64,000 bases of DNA from an uncultured Planctomycetota bacterium (GTDB taxonomy: Bacteria > Planctomycetota > Planctomycetia > Isosphaerales > Isosphaeraceae): the NCBI GenBank assembly GCA_963845755.1, contig CAWJTV010000005.1, forward strand, positions 704,001 through 768,000, in the 5' to 3' direction. Shown in pieces: positions 9,194 to 21,227 of the stretch. A model generated the notes under the pieces. The model did not search any database. It had not been told where the DNA came from and saw only the letters and a program-made list of their open reading frames with translations. The position numbers and the translations under genes were made by a program. Every line of letters begins with the position of its first letter. Within the stretch, counting starts at the first letter, position 1.

Positions 9194-12100
9194 ATGAGCG
9201 AGACCGAATTGCCGGTGATCGATTTGCCACGGCCCGCGAAGGTCAACCTGAGAGCGCTCCATCAAGCGCTGGCCCAGTCCATGAGCGCACACGACGTACG
9301 ATGCGATCGCCTCACCCGGGCGCTCTACGCGACGGATGCCAGCGTCTACCAGATCGTACCGCTGTTGGTCGCCTTCCCGGCCGATACGGCCGATGTCGTG
9401 GCGGCGGTCAAGGTTTGTGCGCAATACGGTGTGCCGATCACGGCACGAGGCGGCGGGACGTCGCAAGCCGGCCAGTCGATCGGGCCGGGAGTGATCCTGG
9501 ATTGCTCGAAGCACTTCGACCGCGTGCTGGAGATCAACGCCGCCGAGCGCTGGGTTCGCGTCGAGCCGGGCTGTGTCCTCGATGAGTTGAATCGGGTGCT
9601 CAAGCCGCACGGGCTTCTCTTCGCCCCGGACATCTCCACCTCGAATCGCGCGACGATCGGCGGGATGATCGCCAATAATTCCTCGGGGGCCCGGTCCGTT
9701 GTTTATGGGAAAACGATCGATCATGTGCTCGCGTTGAAGGTCGTACTATCCGACGGCAGCGTCATCGAACTCGGACCGCTGTCGGATCGGGAGGTCGAGG
9801 AGCGTTGCGCCCGCGAGACTCTCGAAGGGGCCTGTTATCGTGTTACCCGAAGCTTGGCTGGAGAGCATGCCGAGGAGATCGAACGCCGGTTTCCGAAGAT
9901 CCTCCGGCGCGTGGGAGGCTATAATCTCGACGCATTCGTCGCACGAGAGGTCGAAAGCGCCCACACCGACGAACGACCATCCCCGTTCAATCTGGCCCGG
10001 TTGTTCATCGGCTCGGAAGGGACGCTCGGCCTGACGGTCGAGGCCAAGCTCCGATTGGTGGAGCTGCCTCAAGCCCGGGGCACTCTGGTGGTCGAGTTCA
10101 CCGGTTTGCTCGAGGCCCTGGCCGCGACGCCGCTCATTCTGCGGCATCATCCCGCGGCGGTCGAAGTCGTGGATAAGTACGTCCTCGATAGCACCCGTTT
10201 GAATCCTGAAGCGAACCGGCTCCGCGACTTCCTCGAAGGTGATCCGGCTGCAATCCTCCTGATCGAACTCTATGGATCCAGTACCGACGAAATAGTTCCC
10301 CGACTCGCCACTCTCGAAGACGACCTCCGGAAGCGCAAACAGGGCTATCACCACCTGGCTGTCACGAGTCCCGCGGCTCAGGCGCGCGTCTGGAAGCTCC
10401 GCACGATGGCGCTCGGGCTCTCGATGGCCGAGAAAGGAGATGCCAAGGCCATCTCGTTCGTCGAGGATACGGCCGTTGCCCCCGAACACCTCTGCAACTA
10501 CATCGGCGAATTCCTTGAGATCATCGCGCGACACGACACCTGTGCTGGCGTGTATGCGCACGCCTCGGTAGGGTGCCTGCACGTCCGGCCCGTGATCAAC
10601 CTCAAGACCGGAGAAGGAGTTCGGAGGTTCGAATCGATCGCGGAAGAGGTTTCCGATCTCGTGCTCAAGTACGGCGGCGCACTTTCGGGCGAGCACGGCG
10701 ACGGTCTGGTCCGAAGCCCCTTCCAGGAGAAGATGTACGGGAGCATCCTGTACAACGCGTTTCGCGAGCTGAAACGCACTTTCGACCCGCACAACTTTCT
10801 GAACCCCGGCAAGATCGTCGAACGCGCCGCCACTTTCGACGAACCTGCGTTACGGGCCGAGCTATGTCACGCCCGAGGTGCCGACCACGTTCGACTTCAC
10901 GACTGATGGTGGCCTGGTCCAGGCCGCCGAGCTGTGCGCGGGCGTCGGCGCGTGCCGTAAGAAGCTCGAAGGGACGATGTGCCCATCGTTCCAGGCAACC
11001 CGCGAAGAGAAAGACTGCACTCGCGGCCGCGCCAACTTGCTGCGCATGGCGATCACCGGGCAACTCGGGTTCCAGGGCTTGACGGATCCGGCCGTCCACG
11101 AAGTCCTCGACCTCTGCCTCGAATGCAAAGCCTGCAAGGGCGAGTGTCCGACGAACGTCGACATGGCCCGACTCAAGGCCGAATTCCTCCACCAATACTA
11201 TCGGAAGCATGGCCTCCCCTGGCGCAATCGGGTATTCGGCCATGTGGCCGAGCTGGGGCGAATTGGAAGTGCCCTGGCGCCCTTGTTGACCAGGCTGGTA
11301 CAAAGCCGTCTCTCACGATGGTTCAACGAGAAACTGCTTCGGATCGACGGCCGACGCGTGCCCCCGGCATTTGCACGCCAAACGCTCGTTCAACGGTATC
11401 GAGAACCCCCGATCGCAAAGGACGATCCGGGATATTCCGTATTGCTGTTCCCCGACACATTCACCAATTATTTCGAGCCCGCGATCGGCGAGGCGGCAAT
11501 CGAGCTCCTCCGGCGTACCGGGTGCTCCGTCACGCTCGGCCCGCCGGGATTGCGATGTTGCGGACGTCCGCTGATCTCCAACGGGTTGCTCGATCAGGCC
11601 GTCGCCAACGCCCGGCACAATGTCGAGCGGCTCTACCCATGGTCGCGCCAGGGCGGACGGATCATCGCCTGTGAGCCGAGCTGCATCTTGACCATCAAGG
11701 ACGACTACCCCGCGCTGCTCCGGGGCGACCTGCGCTCCCGTGCCGAGGCGGTTGCCGAAGCCTGTGCGACCCTCGAGGAAGTGATCCAGTCAAGATTGGC
11801 CGCGACGGTCGGTCGCGGGTCTCACGAGCCCGCCTCTCGGCCACACCAGGGACTCCGCGTAGACGGCTCCCGGCTTGCTGGGAAGGCTGGGATACGGCGC
11901 ATTCTGGTGCACTCGCACTGCCACCAGCGGTCCTTGGTCGGCGCCCTACCGACGCTGGAGTTGCTCCGTGCAATTCCGGATGCGGAGGTGATCGACCTCG
12001 ACGCCGGTTGCTGCGGGATGGCTGGTTCGTTCGGCTATGAGTTCGAGCATTACGAGATCTCGCATCGGGTCGGCGAACAGCGGTTGTTGCCCGCCGTGCG

Positions 12101-12221
12101 CCAGGCCGATCCGGAGACCGTTATTGTCGCTCCGGGGTTCTCGTGCCGGCTCCAGATACGGCACTTCACAGGCCGAACGGCCGTCCATCCCGCCGAAGTG
12201 CTATACTCCCGACTCGTCTGA
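9194..12221 (+). CDS. FAD-binding plus Fe-S/CCG-domain oxidoreductase (GlcD-GlcF fusion, D-2-hydroxyacid dehydrogenase-like), frameshift near 10830
   Basis: YATDAS, RGGGTSQAGQ, SGEHGDG, LNPGK; then CAGVGAC, CLECKACKGECP, CCGRP, HSHCHQ, CCGMAGSFG. Confidence 0.9.
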
Positions 12222-12224
12222 GAT

Positions 12225-12265
12225 ACCATATAAAAATTATGTGACTATATATTGAATTATATGGT
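12225..12265. promoter_or_regulatory. AT-rich patch with 9-bp inverted repeat ACCATATAA-N23-TTATATGGT
   Basis: Directly visible just after the stop at 12221; function unknown. Confidence 0.35.
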
Positions 12266-12313
12266 TATAACTTACCGTTTACATTACGATCGACAATTGC
12301 CCGAGGTTATCAC

Positions 12314-12361
12314 TCGTTCCCACGCTCCCGCGTGGGAATGCCGTCCTCGACGCTCCGCGTC
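12314..12361. repeat. REP-type palindrome (half REPIN)
   Basis: TCGTTCCCACGCTCCCGCGTGGGAATG followed by GACGCTCCGCGTC, resembling the widespread TCGTTCCCACGC-type REP class; the inverted partner is absent. Confidence 0.7.
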
Positions 12362-12870
12362 GTCTTCGTCTTCGATTCCCAAGGACCCATCGGTTGTCAC
12401 CCACATCCATGACTCCCTCTCGGCAGAATTCCGAACGTGGAGGATCTCCCAGGTGGTGGCTGGACTCGCTGCCGGCTTCATGCGGCGTGAGAAAACCCGA
12501 TTGAAGGAGTTCGTCGCAAGAGAACCGCGTTTCCCTCAATGGCGGTCTCGTTGGGCACAGGGGATCCTCGTGCACAAGCAGGAGCACAGGCACGAGATCA
12601 GTTTGAATTTTGAATCTATCATCTTGAACTAATGTTTTCATAGCCTCTCGCGCAAGCGGAGCCCCAGGACTGCCGGCGCATCGAGGCCGCGCGGGATTCC
12701 ACCCGGTTTTCATGCGACAGACTCAATTCCGTTGCTCTTTTCAGTCGGGCGCGAGACAATTCGGTTATTCAACGGTTCGAGCGACGGAGCGCCGAAGCAT
12801 TGCGACATCCGGTCGTCGTTCGGGCCTGATCAGCAAGACTGCTTCCGACGGGGCCTCTGGTCATTCGCCG

Positions 12871-15355
12871 ATGAACATGAGAGATGAGGAGCCGGAAAGT
12901 GCGTTGCCGCCTCCCAGACCCTCGGATGAGATGGATGGAGAGCTGGACGATGCGCTGACGCCTCCCGTACCCTCGACGTTCGATTTTCCGCCAGGAGGTC
13001 TGAAACGGGAACCGGTCCCGGCCGCCGAACCCGATTTGTTCGCCATGTTCGCCCCGCCGCGCAGTCCAGTCGAACGGGGCCGGTTCGCAGGCTATCGGAT
13101 TCTCGGTTTCCTGGGTGGCGGTGGGATGGGACTGGTCTTCGAGGCAGAGGACCCGATCCTCAGTCGCCGGGTGGCCTTGAAAGTCCTGCGGCCGGAGATG
13201 GCCGGCCCGGTGATCCGGGTACGCTTCCTGCGCGAGGCGCAGATGGCCGCGTCGCTCAAGGACGATCACGTGGTCACGATCTACCAGGTCGGAGAGAGTG
13301 CCGGCCGACCATACCTGGTGATGGAGTTGCTGCATGGCGAAAGCCTGGAGCAGCGCCTGAAGCGCGAGCGCTGGCTGCCGGTGCCGGTGGCACTGGAGTT
13401 TGCGCGGCAGATCGCCCAGGGGCTGAAGGCGGCCCATACCGTCGGCCTGGTGCATCGGGACATCAAACCCGCCAACATCTGGCTCGAAACTCGGGCCGAC
13501 GGCCAGGGACCGATACGGGTCAAGATCCTCGATTTCGGCCTGGCCAAGCCGATCCGCGACGACGCGGGGCTGACTCAGGATGGGGTCTCGGTCGGCACGC
13601 CCGCCTACATGGCGCCGAGCAACTGGAGGCCCTCCCCGTGGATGCCCGGGCGGACCTCTATGCACTCGGGGTCGTACTGTACCGCATGATCTCGGGCGTC
13701 CCGCCGTTCGAGGCTCCCAGTGTCCCGAGGTTGATGGCCGCGATCCTCGAGGAGGAACCGCGGCCGTTGTCGTCGATCCGCTTCCAGGTGCCCAGGCCGG
13801 TTGAGGACCTCCTCGACACCCTCCTCGCAAAGAAGCCCGACCGACGTCCTCCCGACGCACAGTCTGTGCTGGACCGACTCCGCGCGCTCGAGAACCAGAT
13901 GTCCCTCGGCGCCCCGGGTGAGTCGACACCCGTACCAGGCGAGCCGTCTGCTCACGGACGCCGGCGTATCAGCCTGGGCGTCTGGGCCGGCGTCTGCGCG
14001 ATCGCCGTATCGGCCGTCATCGGTCTGGCCGCGCTCTGGTCCAACCTCTTCATGGCAACGGAAGCCGCGAGGGACAGGCTAAACGGGCCGCAAGGTCTCG
14101 TCGCGGAGACGCGGAAGGAAAGGGTTGCCGGTGACACTCCCGCTCGGAGTAATCCGCTCCCCATCACCTCGGGCGTTCCGATCAAGGTCGGCCTGCTGCA
14201 CTCCCTCACGGGCCCGCTTTCGGTGATGGAACGGCCGATGGTCGAGGCGGAATCCCTTGCGATCGAGGAGATCAATGAGAACGGCGGCGTGCTCGGCCGC
14301 CCGGTCGAAAAGGTCATCGGAGACGGTCGATCCGACGAATTCGCTTTCGCCGAGAGCGCCCGCAAACTGATCGAGCGCGACGGAGTGAATGTCCTGGTCG
14401 GCTGTCTCAGCTCGGCCTCGCGGAAGCGCGTCAAGGACGTTTGCGAGCAGAAAGGCATCCTGCTGTTCTACCCGATGATCTTCGAAGCGCTCGAGCAATC
14501 GCCGGCGGTCGTGTATGTCGGTGGCGGGCCCAACCAGCAGCTCTTGCCGATGGTCCGGTGGGCCATCGGATTCTTCGATCCCCCGCGACGACGCTTCTTC
14601 CTGCTGGGTAGCGAGTCCCTCTACTCGAGGGCCGGTCAGGAGGCGTTCCGGGGAGAGCTCGAGAAACACGGCCTCGAGCCGGTGGGTGTCCGGTCGCTCC
14701 CGAGCCGCCAGCTCTCCGGCTTCGATGCAATCATCGGCGAAATCCGCAGCAAGCGAGCCGATATCGTGCTCGACACGCTCGATCTGGAGTCGGATCTGAT
14801 GTTCTTCAAGGCCCTGGGCCGTTCTCGCATCACGGCGAAGGAGCTGCCGGTCGTCTCGATCTGCCTGGGCGAGGACCAGCTCCGCACGCTGGACCATCCG
14901 CTCATCGCGGGGCACTATTCGGCTCTGAACTACTTCGAGGCGATCGATACGCCGGAGAACGCCCAGTTCCTGAAACGGCTCCGCGCCAGGCACGCCGTAC
15001 CGTCGGTCAACGCCTCGACCGAGTCATCGTATCTCGCCGTCCATTTCTGGAAGCGTGCCGTCGAGAAAGCCGGAAGCCTGGAGATGGCCAAGGTGCGCGC
15101 CGCCGTGGCCGGCCAGGAACTGAAGGCACCCGAGGGACCGGTTCGGATCGACCCGGCCAGTTTCTACGGGCGCGGATCGCGCGGATCGGCCGGATGAGCG
15201 ACCATGGCACGTTCGAGATCGTCTACGCCTCACACGGCCCGATGCCCACCATCGTGTACCCGCCCCCCTATGATCAAGCGGGCTGGGAGAAGTTCCTGTC
15301 GCGGCTGTCGGAGAGTTGGGGCGGCCGATGGTCCGGTGCGATCGCGCCGGAGTGA
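12871..15355 (+). CDS. Hanks-type Ser/Thr kinase - TM - UrtA/AmiC-like substrate-binding domain fusion (frameshifts near 13620, 15170, 15270)
   Basis: LGGGGMG, VALK, HRDIKPAN, DFGLA, GTPAYMAP, DLYALG; TM VWAGVCAIAVSAVIGLAALW; IKVGLLHSLTG, EINENGGVLGR, SASRKRV, PNQQ, APEGPVRID; the tail restores WGGRW before TGA 15353-15355. Confidence 0.85.
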
Positions 15356-15374
15356 GCCCTATGAGGAGCCGGGA

Positions 15375-16250
15375 TTGATTTCCTACGACCGCACCCGCTG
15401 GTGGCGAACGGCGATCTCGTTCCACGGCACCGTGCTGCCCCATACCCTGGGCCGCGTCGGTTTGTTCACACTGTCCTGCCTGGCCCTCTGCATTCTGAAC
15501 GACCACTTCCTCGTGAATCACGGCCTGGCGCTGCCGGCGCTCGATCAGTTGGGCCACACGGTGCTAGGCGTGACGATGAGCCTGCTGATCGTCCATCGTA
15601 CGACCTCGTCGAACATGCGGTTCTGGGAGGGCCGAACGGCCTGGGGCGCGATCGTCAACGCCTCGCGGAACATCGCAAGACAAGCGGGAACCTACGCCCC
15701 TCCCGCCGACGAGGTCGCCCGTCTCCTGGCCGCCTTCTCCATTGCCTTGCGCGAGCGACTGCGCGATCGAGACCCGACCGAAGCCCTTCGTCCGTGGCTG
15801 TCGGGCCGGTTGCTCGAAGAAGTCGTGACTGCGGCCAGTCCGCCTGCGCGCCTGGCGCGATCGCTCAGCCAGTGGGTGCAGGCTCGTAAGGCACAAGGCC
15901 TTCTCGAACCGATCACGGCAGCCGAGATCGAGCGGCAGATTGGCGCCCTCACCGACGCCCAGGGGGCAGCCGAACGGATTCAGCGCACCCCCCTACCCTT
16001 CATCTACGCCTCGCTCATCAAGCAGTTGCTGGTCCTCTACCTCGCGTCGCTGCCGTTCGTCCTGGTCGCGCGAATGGGCTACGCCGCCCCCCTGGTCGTG
16101 GCCGTGGTCGCCTTGGGAATGCTGGGGATCGAGGACGCGGGCGTGGAGATCGAGAACCCGTTCGGCCTGGCCACCAACTGCCTCCCTCTCGATAGCATCT
16201 GCGCCTCCATCGCCCGCGACTGTGCCGAACTCGCCAGGTCCGAGACCTGA
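15375..16250 (+). CDS. Bestrophin family (YneE-like) ion channel
   Basis: RFWEGR, ERIQRTPLPFIY, EIENPFG, NCLPLD; GAGGAG RBS then TTG start. Confidence 0.9.
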   Translation: MISYDRTRWWRTAISFHGTVLPHTLGRVGLFTLSCLALCILNDHFLVNHGLALPALDQLGHTVLGVTMSLLIVHRTTSSNMRFWEGRTAWGAIVNASRNIARQAGTYAPPADEVARLLAAFSIALRERLRDRDPTEALRPWLSGRLLEEVVTAASPPARLARSLSQWVQARKAQGLLEPITAAEIERQIGALTDAQGAAERIQRTPLPFIYASLIKQLLVLYLASLPFVLVARMGYAAPLVVAVVALGMLGIEDAGVEIENPFGLATNCLPLDSICASIARDCAELARSET

Positions 16251-17150
16251 GGGCCGCCCGATCGCGGGCCCGACCGGCTCCTGCGGTCCTTCCAGTGGTT
16301 TCTTGACTCGCGACGTTCGGCGCAAGGCAGAAAAACCGGTTCCCCACGCGGTCGAGGTCTCCCCGCTCGCTGACCTCGAGCACGTCGCGGCCGTCGAAAT
16401 CCTCGTTTGGACCATCGAACCCACTCGGAAGAATGTCGCGAACACGACCCTGGCGAGTCGGTCACACCGCGATTCCCTGATTCGCCGCGGAGAACTCGAG
16501 GCGGCGAGCGAATGACGTAGTGATGTCCAGGTCGTCGGAATCGGGGCCGGTCAACGTGTTCGAGCACGCGCTCCGGCGGCGCAACCTTTCGACTCAAATT
16601 TTTTTTGGAGATTTTTATCTCGTTATTGGACAAGGGTTTGCGCCGAAAAAATCGGCCAATTCCGCCGTAGGTGCATTCACCGAATTCCAATCTTGCGGCA
16701 TCCTAAAGATAGGGGGATGATGCGCTCGTGAGCGGTCCGCGTGAATCGAGGTGGTTGATTGGAGTCAACTCCGCTCGTCTCGGTGTTTCCTGAGCAATGA
16801 CCACAAACGACGGGACCAGCGGCCTGCGGGGCAAAAAGCTGCCATCCAGTGACAACAATCGTTACCACTCTCTGGCCCGAAGTTCCGAGACCAACTAGGG
16901 TTACTTCAATCAAGCGGGTATGACCCCGTTTGTGGCTCGATGGCAACCTTTGAGAGCACCTTTGTGAAGTTCCGACACCGAACCTTGAGCTTCAGACTTG
17001 CGTATCAGAGAACGACTCGTCTTATCTATTAAGATACAGAGTCGAATCGCAGGCGGTGTCGTTCTCGGAAACCGAGTACGCTGGCTCGCCTGTCAATCAC
17101 GGATCAATCTATCGGAGAAGGCACGAAGGCAGGAGGATCGATCGGAGAAC

Positions 17151-18140
<990 letters not shown>

Positions 18141-18151
18141 AGCGATGGTCC

Positions 18152-19037
18152 ATGGCGACACGACAACTGGAAGATGTCCTGAAGGAAGTCCGGCGCATTC
18201 AGATCGTCGCTCGGCGGCAGGTGAATGACCTGCTGGCGGGGGAGTATCTGAGTGTGTTCAAAGGTCGCGGCATGGAATTCGACGCCGTTCGCGAGTACGT
18301 CCCCGGCGATGAAATCCGCAGCATCGACTGGAACGTCACCGCCCGGACGGGAGCGCCCTTCGTCAAGACGTTCTGCGAGGAACGCGAGCTCACCGTGATC
18401 CTGGCCGTGGACATCTCGGCGTCCGGCTCGTTCGGATCGTTCCGCCTGAGCAAGATGGAGACGGCCGTGGAAGTGGCGGCCGTATTGATGTTCACGGCGG
18501 CTGCGAAACCACGACAAGGTTGGCCTCCTCTTCTTCACCGACGACGTGGTGAAATACATTCCACCCCGCAAGGGACGGGCGAATGTCTTGCGGCTGATCC
18601 GGGAGCTGCTGGCCACCGAGCCGGTCAAGGCGCCGACCGACATTTCGAAGGCCCTCGACTTCCTCGGGCGCGTTCAGCGCCGGCGTTGCGTCGTGTTTGT
18701 GATGAGCGACTTCCTGGGACCGGATTGCTCACGCGCCCTGGCGATCGCCAACCAACGTCACGATTGCGTCGCCGTGACCATGGAGGACCCGCGCGAATCG
18801 AGCCTACCCGACGTAGGATTCCTGACCCTCCGCGATGCCGAGACGGATGAACTCCTGGAACTTGACACCCGCCATCCGCGGGTGCGTGCCCTGTTTGCGA
18901 AAACGGCTCAGGAACGAGAAAGACGGCTGGAGGGCTGGCTCCGCCGGGCGAACGTCGATCGCCTCGAGATTCGCACGGATCAGCCCTACGCGTTAAGCCT
19001 GCAGAAGTTCTTTCGGATGCGAGAGCGGCAACGATGA
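18152..19037 (+). CDS. DUF58 domain protein, frameshift near 18500
   Basis: FKGRGMEF, REYVPGD, IDWNVTAR, VDISAS, MSDF; position directly after moxR. Confidence 0.9.
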
Positions 19038-20106
19038 CCGTCACGGCGCGAACGATGGCCGGCCCCGTCTTCCCCGTTGGCGGTGGAGGAGAGTGGCATT
19101 CGTCTGCGCGATGGGAGGCATCGTCCTGGTGGCTGGTTGCGGCGGCCTGCGAACAAACGAGAGCGAATCCCCGTCGTCTTCGGGGACCTCGATCGAGCGC
19201 AGTGCGGAGAAAGGGCCGGTGAAACTGTCCGTGACCGTCTCGCCGCGCGAACCGCGGTTATCGGATCTCGTGGACATGCAGGTCCGCGTCGCGTTTCCTC
19301 CCGGAGTCGAGATCAAACCACCGGCGTTCGGACAGGCTGTGGGAGACTTCCTCGTTCGCGATTACAGCGAACGACCCGCTGAAACGACGGGTGAGAGGAA
19401 CTTGCGCCGGTTCCACTATCAATTGGAGCCGGCGCACGCCGGTAAGCACTTGATCCGGTCGGTGTCGATCGAATTCATCGACAAACGCCCGAACTCGGAA
19501 CGGCGGGGTGAACCGGCGCTGATCGAGACCGATCCTCTGGAGGTGAATATCACGTCGGAGCTAGGCGAGGAAGCCCCGAATCTAGCAAATCTCGAACCGA
19601 TGCTGCCACCGCAACCGGTGCCCCAGACTGCGGCGATCGGCTGGCTCGCCGCTTTAGGTCTGGGAATCCTGCTCGTCCTCGTGCTCGTGGCCGTCCTGCG
19701 GAGACGGCGGCGCCGACCGATCGAATCCCGACGGAAGAGTCCCGAGGAGATCGCGCAAGCCGCCCTGGCGCAACTGCTGGCGGAGAACCTCCCGGCTCGC
19801 GGTCTGGTCAAGGAGTTCTATTTGCGGCTCACCGGCATCGTCCGACAGTATGTCGAGGATACGACGGGGATCCGTGCCCCCGAGCAGACGACCGAGGAAT
19901 TCCTGCGCGATATGCGATCGCATGCCGAGTTTCCGCCGGAGCGGTCCGTCCGGCTCGCGGAATTCCTGGAGGCCGCCGACCTCGTCAAGTACGCCGGTCA
20001 GCAGCCAGCGGAGGGTCAGATCGAGCAGTCCATCGCACGGGCGCACGAGTTTGTCAACCTGGAGCCTTCGACGGGTGCCATGGTGGCAGGCACCGTTGCG
20101 AAGTGA
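19034..20106 (+). CDS. Bat-operon membrane/lipoprotein (BatD-like Ig domain plus TM), probable frameshift near the N-terminus
   Basis: LVAGC lipobox-like, TM followed by RRRRRR, EQTTEEFL, ADLVKYA; operon position. Confidence 0.75.
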
Positions 20107-20136
20107 GAAGTGATCGCGAGGAGCAACGTCGTTTCC

Positions 20137-21212
20137 GTGAACGCATTTCGATTCTATTCCCTGTTCTGGCTGAGCCTCGCGCCCCTCGCATTGGGCCGCG
20201 CTCTGGTGGCGCTTCCGACCGCAGACACGACCCGCGGCGATTTTCTCGAGCGTCAGCGACCTCAAGGCCCTTCCCGTCACCCGGGCACAGCGGGTGCGAC
20301 GCAGCTTGCCGTACCTTTACGGATTGGGCGTGTGCCTGGTCATTGCCGGATTGGCTCGACCGCAGGCGGGGAAGGCGGAATCACTGTTAAGTGGCGAGGG
20401 GATCGCCATCGAGATCGTGCTCGACGTGTCCGGCTCGATGGAAGCCATCGACTTTCAGCTCGAAGGGCGGGATGTCAGCCGGCTGGAGGCCGTCAAGCAC
20501 GTCATCAAGGAATTCGTGGTCGGCTCGCGCGAGCGGGCTGTCGGGCCGCCGCGATGATCTCGTTGGACTCGTCGCATTCGGGGGATTCGCCGACAGCAAG
20601 TGTCCCTTGACCCTCGATCACGGCGCCCTGGTCGATATCGTCCAGGGATTGGAAACCCCCAAGCCGATCCGCGATAGTCAGGGGCGGGTGATCAACGCTC
20701 AAGCGTTGCAGGAGGAACTGGCGACGGCGATCGGCGATGGCGTCGCGGTGGCGGTCAACCGACTGCACGGGGCGAAAGCCAGGAGCAAGGTGATCGTCCT
20801 GCTCACCGACGGCGATAGCAATGCCGGGGTCGTCGACCCGCGCGAAGCGGCCCGGATCGCGGAGGAATCGGGGATCCGGCTGTATACGATCGGCATCGGC
20901 AGGAGCGGGGTGGTTCCCATCCCCCAGGAAGACGAATTCGGGAACCGCGTCCTCGTACCGGCTCAATTTCGGATCGACGAGGACTTGCTTCGAGAGATGG
21001 CGCAGACCGGGCGAGGCCAGTATTATCACGCCTCGGATTCCGAGGGACTGGCACAGGTCTACGCCGCGATCGACAAGCTGGAAAAGTCCAATTTCGAGGA
21101 GACCAAGTACTCGGAATACACGGAATGGTTCCGCGGGTTTGCCGGGTCGGGCTTGGCTGTGATTCTTCTCGTTGGTGTCCTGATGGAAACCCGGTTTCGT
21201 TCGTTGCCGTAA
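20137..21212 (+). CDS. batA: VWA domain protein BatA, several frameshifts (about 20200-20295 and 20535)
   Basis: LARPQ, MIDAS DVSGSM, CPLTLDH, TAIGDG, LLTDG, YTIGIG, IDKLEKS. Confidence 0.85.
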
Positions 21213-21227
21213 GGAGTCCGGTCTCAG

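Noticed and set aside
12220..12250. dif-like site (CCATA-TAAAAA-TTATGTGAC)
   Set aside because: Only the TTATGT core matches; the XerC arm and the outer XerD arm fit poorly.
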